Source: a phage. Taken from it: 64,000 bases of DNA. Numbering within the stretch: the first letter of the stretch is position 1; each line of letters starts with the position of its first letter. The notes under the pieces were generated by a model. That model was given only the letters and a program-made list of their open reading frames with translations. It did no database searches and was not told the origin of the DNA. Positions 61,861 to 64,000 of this stretch are shown here, in pieces. The translations under genes and the position numbers were made by a program. Location of the stretch: sequence record PZ386961.1; one strand, written 5' to 3'.

Positions 61861-63393
61861 TTTATAAAATTTATCGGTTGTCCCAACCGCTGGGTCACCA
61901 TCATATGTGAATAAAATATCTACCCTTCTTAACAACCTTCTTAATCTTACTCTCTATATAGTTATATAGTACTATATAGTATCTTAGTATCTATCTAGTG
62001 GTCTTAATAGCCCCTCTGTATAGCCCTTCTAAACACTCTTCTAACAAGCCTTCTTAACAACCTATACAATCACCTTAACCATCTCTCTATACGCTCTTAG
62101 AAGCCTCTATACACCTCTTAATCTCTAGGTAAGCTATGTTACCCTCTATAGGTGTTCACTAGGAAATACTAAACCTCTATATAGACTGTTTTAACAAACT
62201 TAACAGGAATATCTTTACAGACCTTATCTCACAAGGTCTAACACGGTACTAACAAGGTATCTTATAAGCCTGTTTATGCCTGTATTTTTAAAAGACTGTA
62301 TAGGTAATTATTCAGATTTTTAAAATTTTTATAAAATAGGACTATCAAGTCATTTTTTAGGGTCTTTGAAGGAACTCAAAAATATCTGTAGAAGATGTAT
62401 ATCTGCTTGGTAGCCCTTAACATCCCTGTAACATCCCCTTTGCAGAATTTTAAAGTATCCTTAACAATCTCTTAACAACTCTCTCAAGTTCTTAACATCT
62501 CTTCAGAGGTCTTAACAGATTCTTAACAGAACTAACAAGGTTGTAACAAGTTCTTAACAGTTGATACATGGGCTTTACAGAATCTTAACAGATGACTAAC
62601 AAGAGCTAACAAGTTAATTTTAAAGAGTTATTTTGTTAAGATAATTAACAAGTTTCTAACAAGTGTTTAATCTTTTTAACAAGCTATTAACATGGTCACT
62701 ACTCTTTTCTTATCGTTCCCTTTGCTTCTTAGTGATTCTTTAAACATACCTCTTAAAAGCTCTCTATAGCTCCTTGTAAGCTCTTTTAAGCCTCTTCCTA
62801 GTATTTACCCCTCAACTGTATGGATAGCTCTTTATAGGGCTTTACAGAGGCTTTTAAGGATATGCCAAAGACTCTTACAAGGCTTTTACGTGGTCTTAAC
62901 AGAGATTTAACAAGGGGCTAACAAGTCTCTAACAAGCATAACTATGTAGGGTTTGTTAAGAAATTGTTAAGGGGGCTAGCATTTACGTAACTTTTAAGCT
63001 ACTTTCTAAGTAACTTTAAAGCCCCTATAACATACTTTTTAGTGACTATCAAGGGGGTTGTTTAGTTATTCACAAGATACTAATCAGCCTATAAGCTTAC
63101 ACCCTTATAAGATTCTTTTAAGGCTCTGGGAAGCTCTATAAAGGGCTTTTTAGAGTGGGTTAATATGATTGCTTAAGTTAGGTTGATAAGGCTGTTATAG
63201 AGCTTTATAGAGCGTTTTAGTGGTTGCCCTTCCCTTTCGGGTTATGGGCTTTTATTTAAGTTGATTTGATAAGAGGTTATAGAGTAGACTATAGAGTTAT
63301 TGCTTTTAAGGTACGGGATAGATTCTATCGAATTAGTGGGATAGATTCTGGAAAGGGAAGGGAAAGGGTTGTATAGAGGCTATTACAGAGACG
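61861..63393. repeat. 1.5 kb repeat-dense non-coding region (CTTAACAG/CTAACAAG iterons, CTCTATAG and TATATAGT repeats, palindromes)
   Basis: No ORF of 60 aa or more; many short direct repeats read directly. Confidence 0.6.
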
Positions 63394-63443
63394 TAAAAAA
63401 GCCCCTATGAGATAGATTCTATCGAATCAATATAAAGGGGCTG
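63394..63443 (-). terminator. rho-independent terminator (agcccct...aggggct plus T6) with palindromic loop GATTCtatcGAATC
   Basis: Minus-strand stem followed by T-run downstream of 63481..63729. Confidence 0.5.
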
Positions 63444-63480
63444 TAAAGGTATCTGGGGCTAAATAGCCCCGTTGCGTCGA

Positions 63481-63729
63481 TTAGTTGTAACCTTGTTTGC
63501 TGTAGTACAGAGAGATAATCAAGTCACCCCAATAATGGTAGTGAGATTCCTCGTTTATGGCTTCTTTTACAGCGTCCTTCCAAAAGTCATCGGTAGGGCT
63601 ATAATCTGGTATCACCTGCTGAATCAGCATTTTGATAAGGTCAAAGGTATTGTCTGTTCCACCGATATCGAATTTTGCATCAAGTTGGTGGCAGCCATAA
63701 GCATTAACAGTTACGCGGATAGTTGACAT
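63481..63729 (-). CDS. hypothetical protein
   Basis: 82-aa minus-strand ORF followed by terminator; preferred over overlapping plus-strand ORF. Confidence 0.45.
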   Translation of the reverse strand: MSTIRVTVNAYGCHQLDAKFDIGGTDNTFDLIKMLIQQVIPDYSPTDDFWKDAVKEAINEESHYHYWGDLIISLYYSKQGYN

Positions 63730-63796
63730 AATTTAGATTCTCCAGTTTAGGACTTTACTTAGTGGGAAGGTTAATCCCTCCCCGTTGATTAGTAAT

Positions 63797-64000
63797 TTAC
63801 TGCATGTTGGCGTAGGTTGCAAGTCTTTTTTCGTTGTATTTTGTCAGAATCTCACAAGATAATACATCGTACTTTGTAATAGCGTTGCCTTTGTCGAGGT
63901 CAAAAAAGCCAAATGTTTTACCATCTTTGAATCCGACAACTTCATAAGATTCTTTGACGATTTCACCATTGAACAAATCGCTTTCGATACGGTGAAATAA
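63797..64000 (-). CDS. hypothetical protein (partial; N-terminus beyond window end)
   Basis: Own translation: frame open from position 64000 to stop at 63797-63799, ends ...KRLATYANMQ. Confidence 0.4.
   Translation of the reverse strand, partial: LFHRIESDLFNGEIVKESYEVVGFKDGKTFGFFDLDKGNAITKYDVLSCEILTKYNEKRLATYANMQ

Noticed and set aside
63472-63726. Plus-strand ORF 63472-63726 overlapping minus-strand ORF 63481-63729
   Set aside because: Only one can be real. The minus-strand ORF is followed by a terminator and matches the orientation of the next gene, so the plus-strand one is treated as a shadow.

Overview
This window reads as a lytic tailed-phage (myovirus-type) genome segment, roughly 40% GC, with no lysogeny genes seen. 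All calls are from manual reading of the sequence and ORF track; no searches or folding programs were run, so tRNA and motif coordinates are approximate (about +/-2 nt) and domain calls rest on remembered motifs. Layout: (1) 1-11400, minus strand, nucleotide metabolism and replication: class Ia RNR large subunit (partial), HNH and GIY-YIG-like endonucleases, T7-like 5'-3' exonuclease, SSB, primase-helicase, dNMP kinase. (2) 11650-22700, plus strand: family A DNA polymerase with an HNH-AP2 endonuclease abutting its 3' end, ATP-dependent DNA ligase, small accessory genes, DHFR, thymidylate synthase. (3) 22737-46468, minus strand, morphogenesis: two tail fibres with His-rich tips, P2/Mu-like baseplate, tape measure, chaperone pair with a -1 slippery site, tube, sheath, lambda-like head module (capsid, decoration, protease-scaffold, portal), large terminase. 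(4) 46691-51914, minus strand: about 27 tRNA genes covering all 20 amino acids, with internal promoters, structured spacers and three embedded protein genes. (5) 52080-61821: a vWA/MIDAS protein, then a plus-strand block with an Ig-like repeat protein, lysozyme and small unknown genes. (6) 61822-63480: a 1.6 kb repeat-dense non-coding region between convergent units. The strongest candidates for something undescribed are four paralogous ~135-nt elements built from NGGTN pentamer arrays with covarying terminal hairpins (17435-17715 and 18852-19122), three short class-I-like tRNAs carrying leucine anticodons, and the vWA protein beside tRNA-like fragments (possible Ro60/Y-RNA-like pairing).
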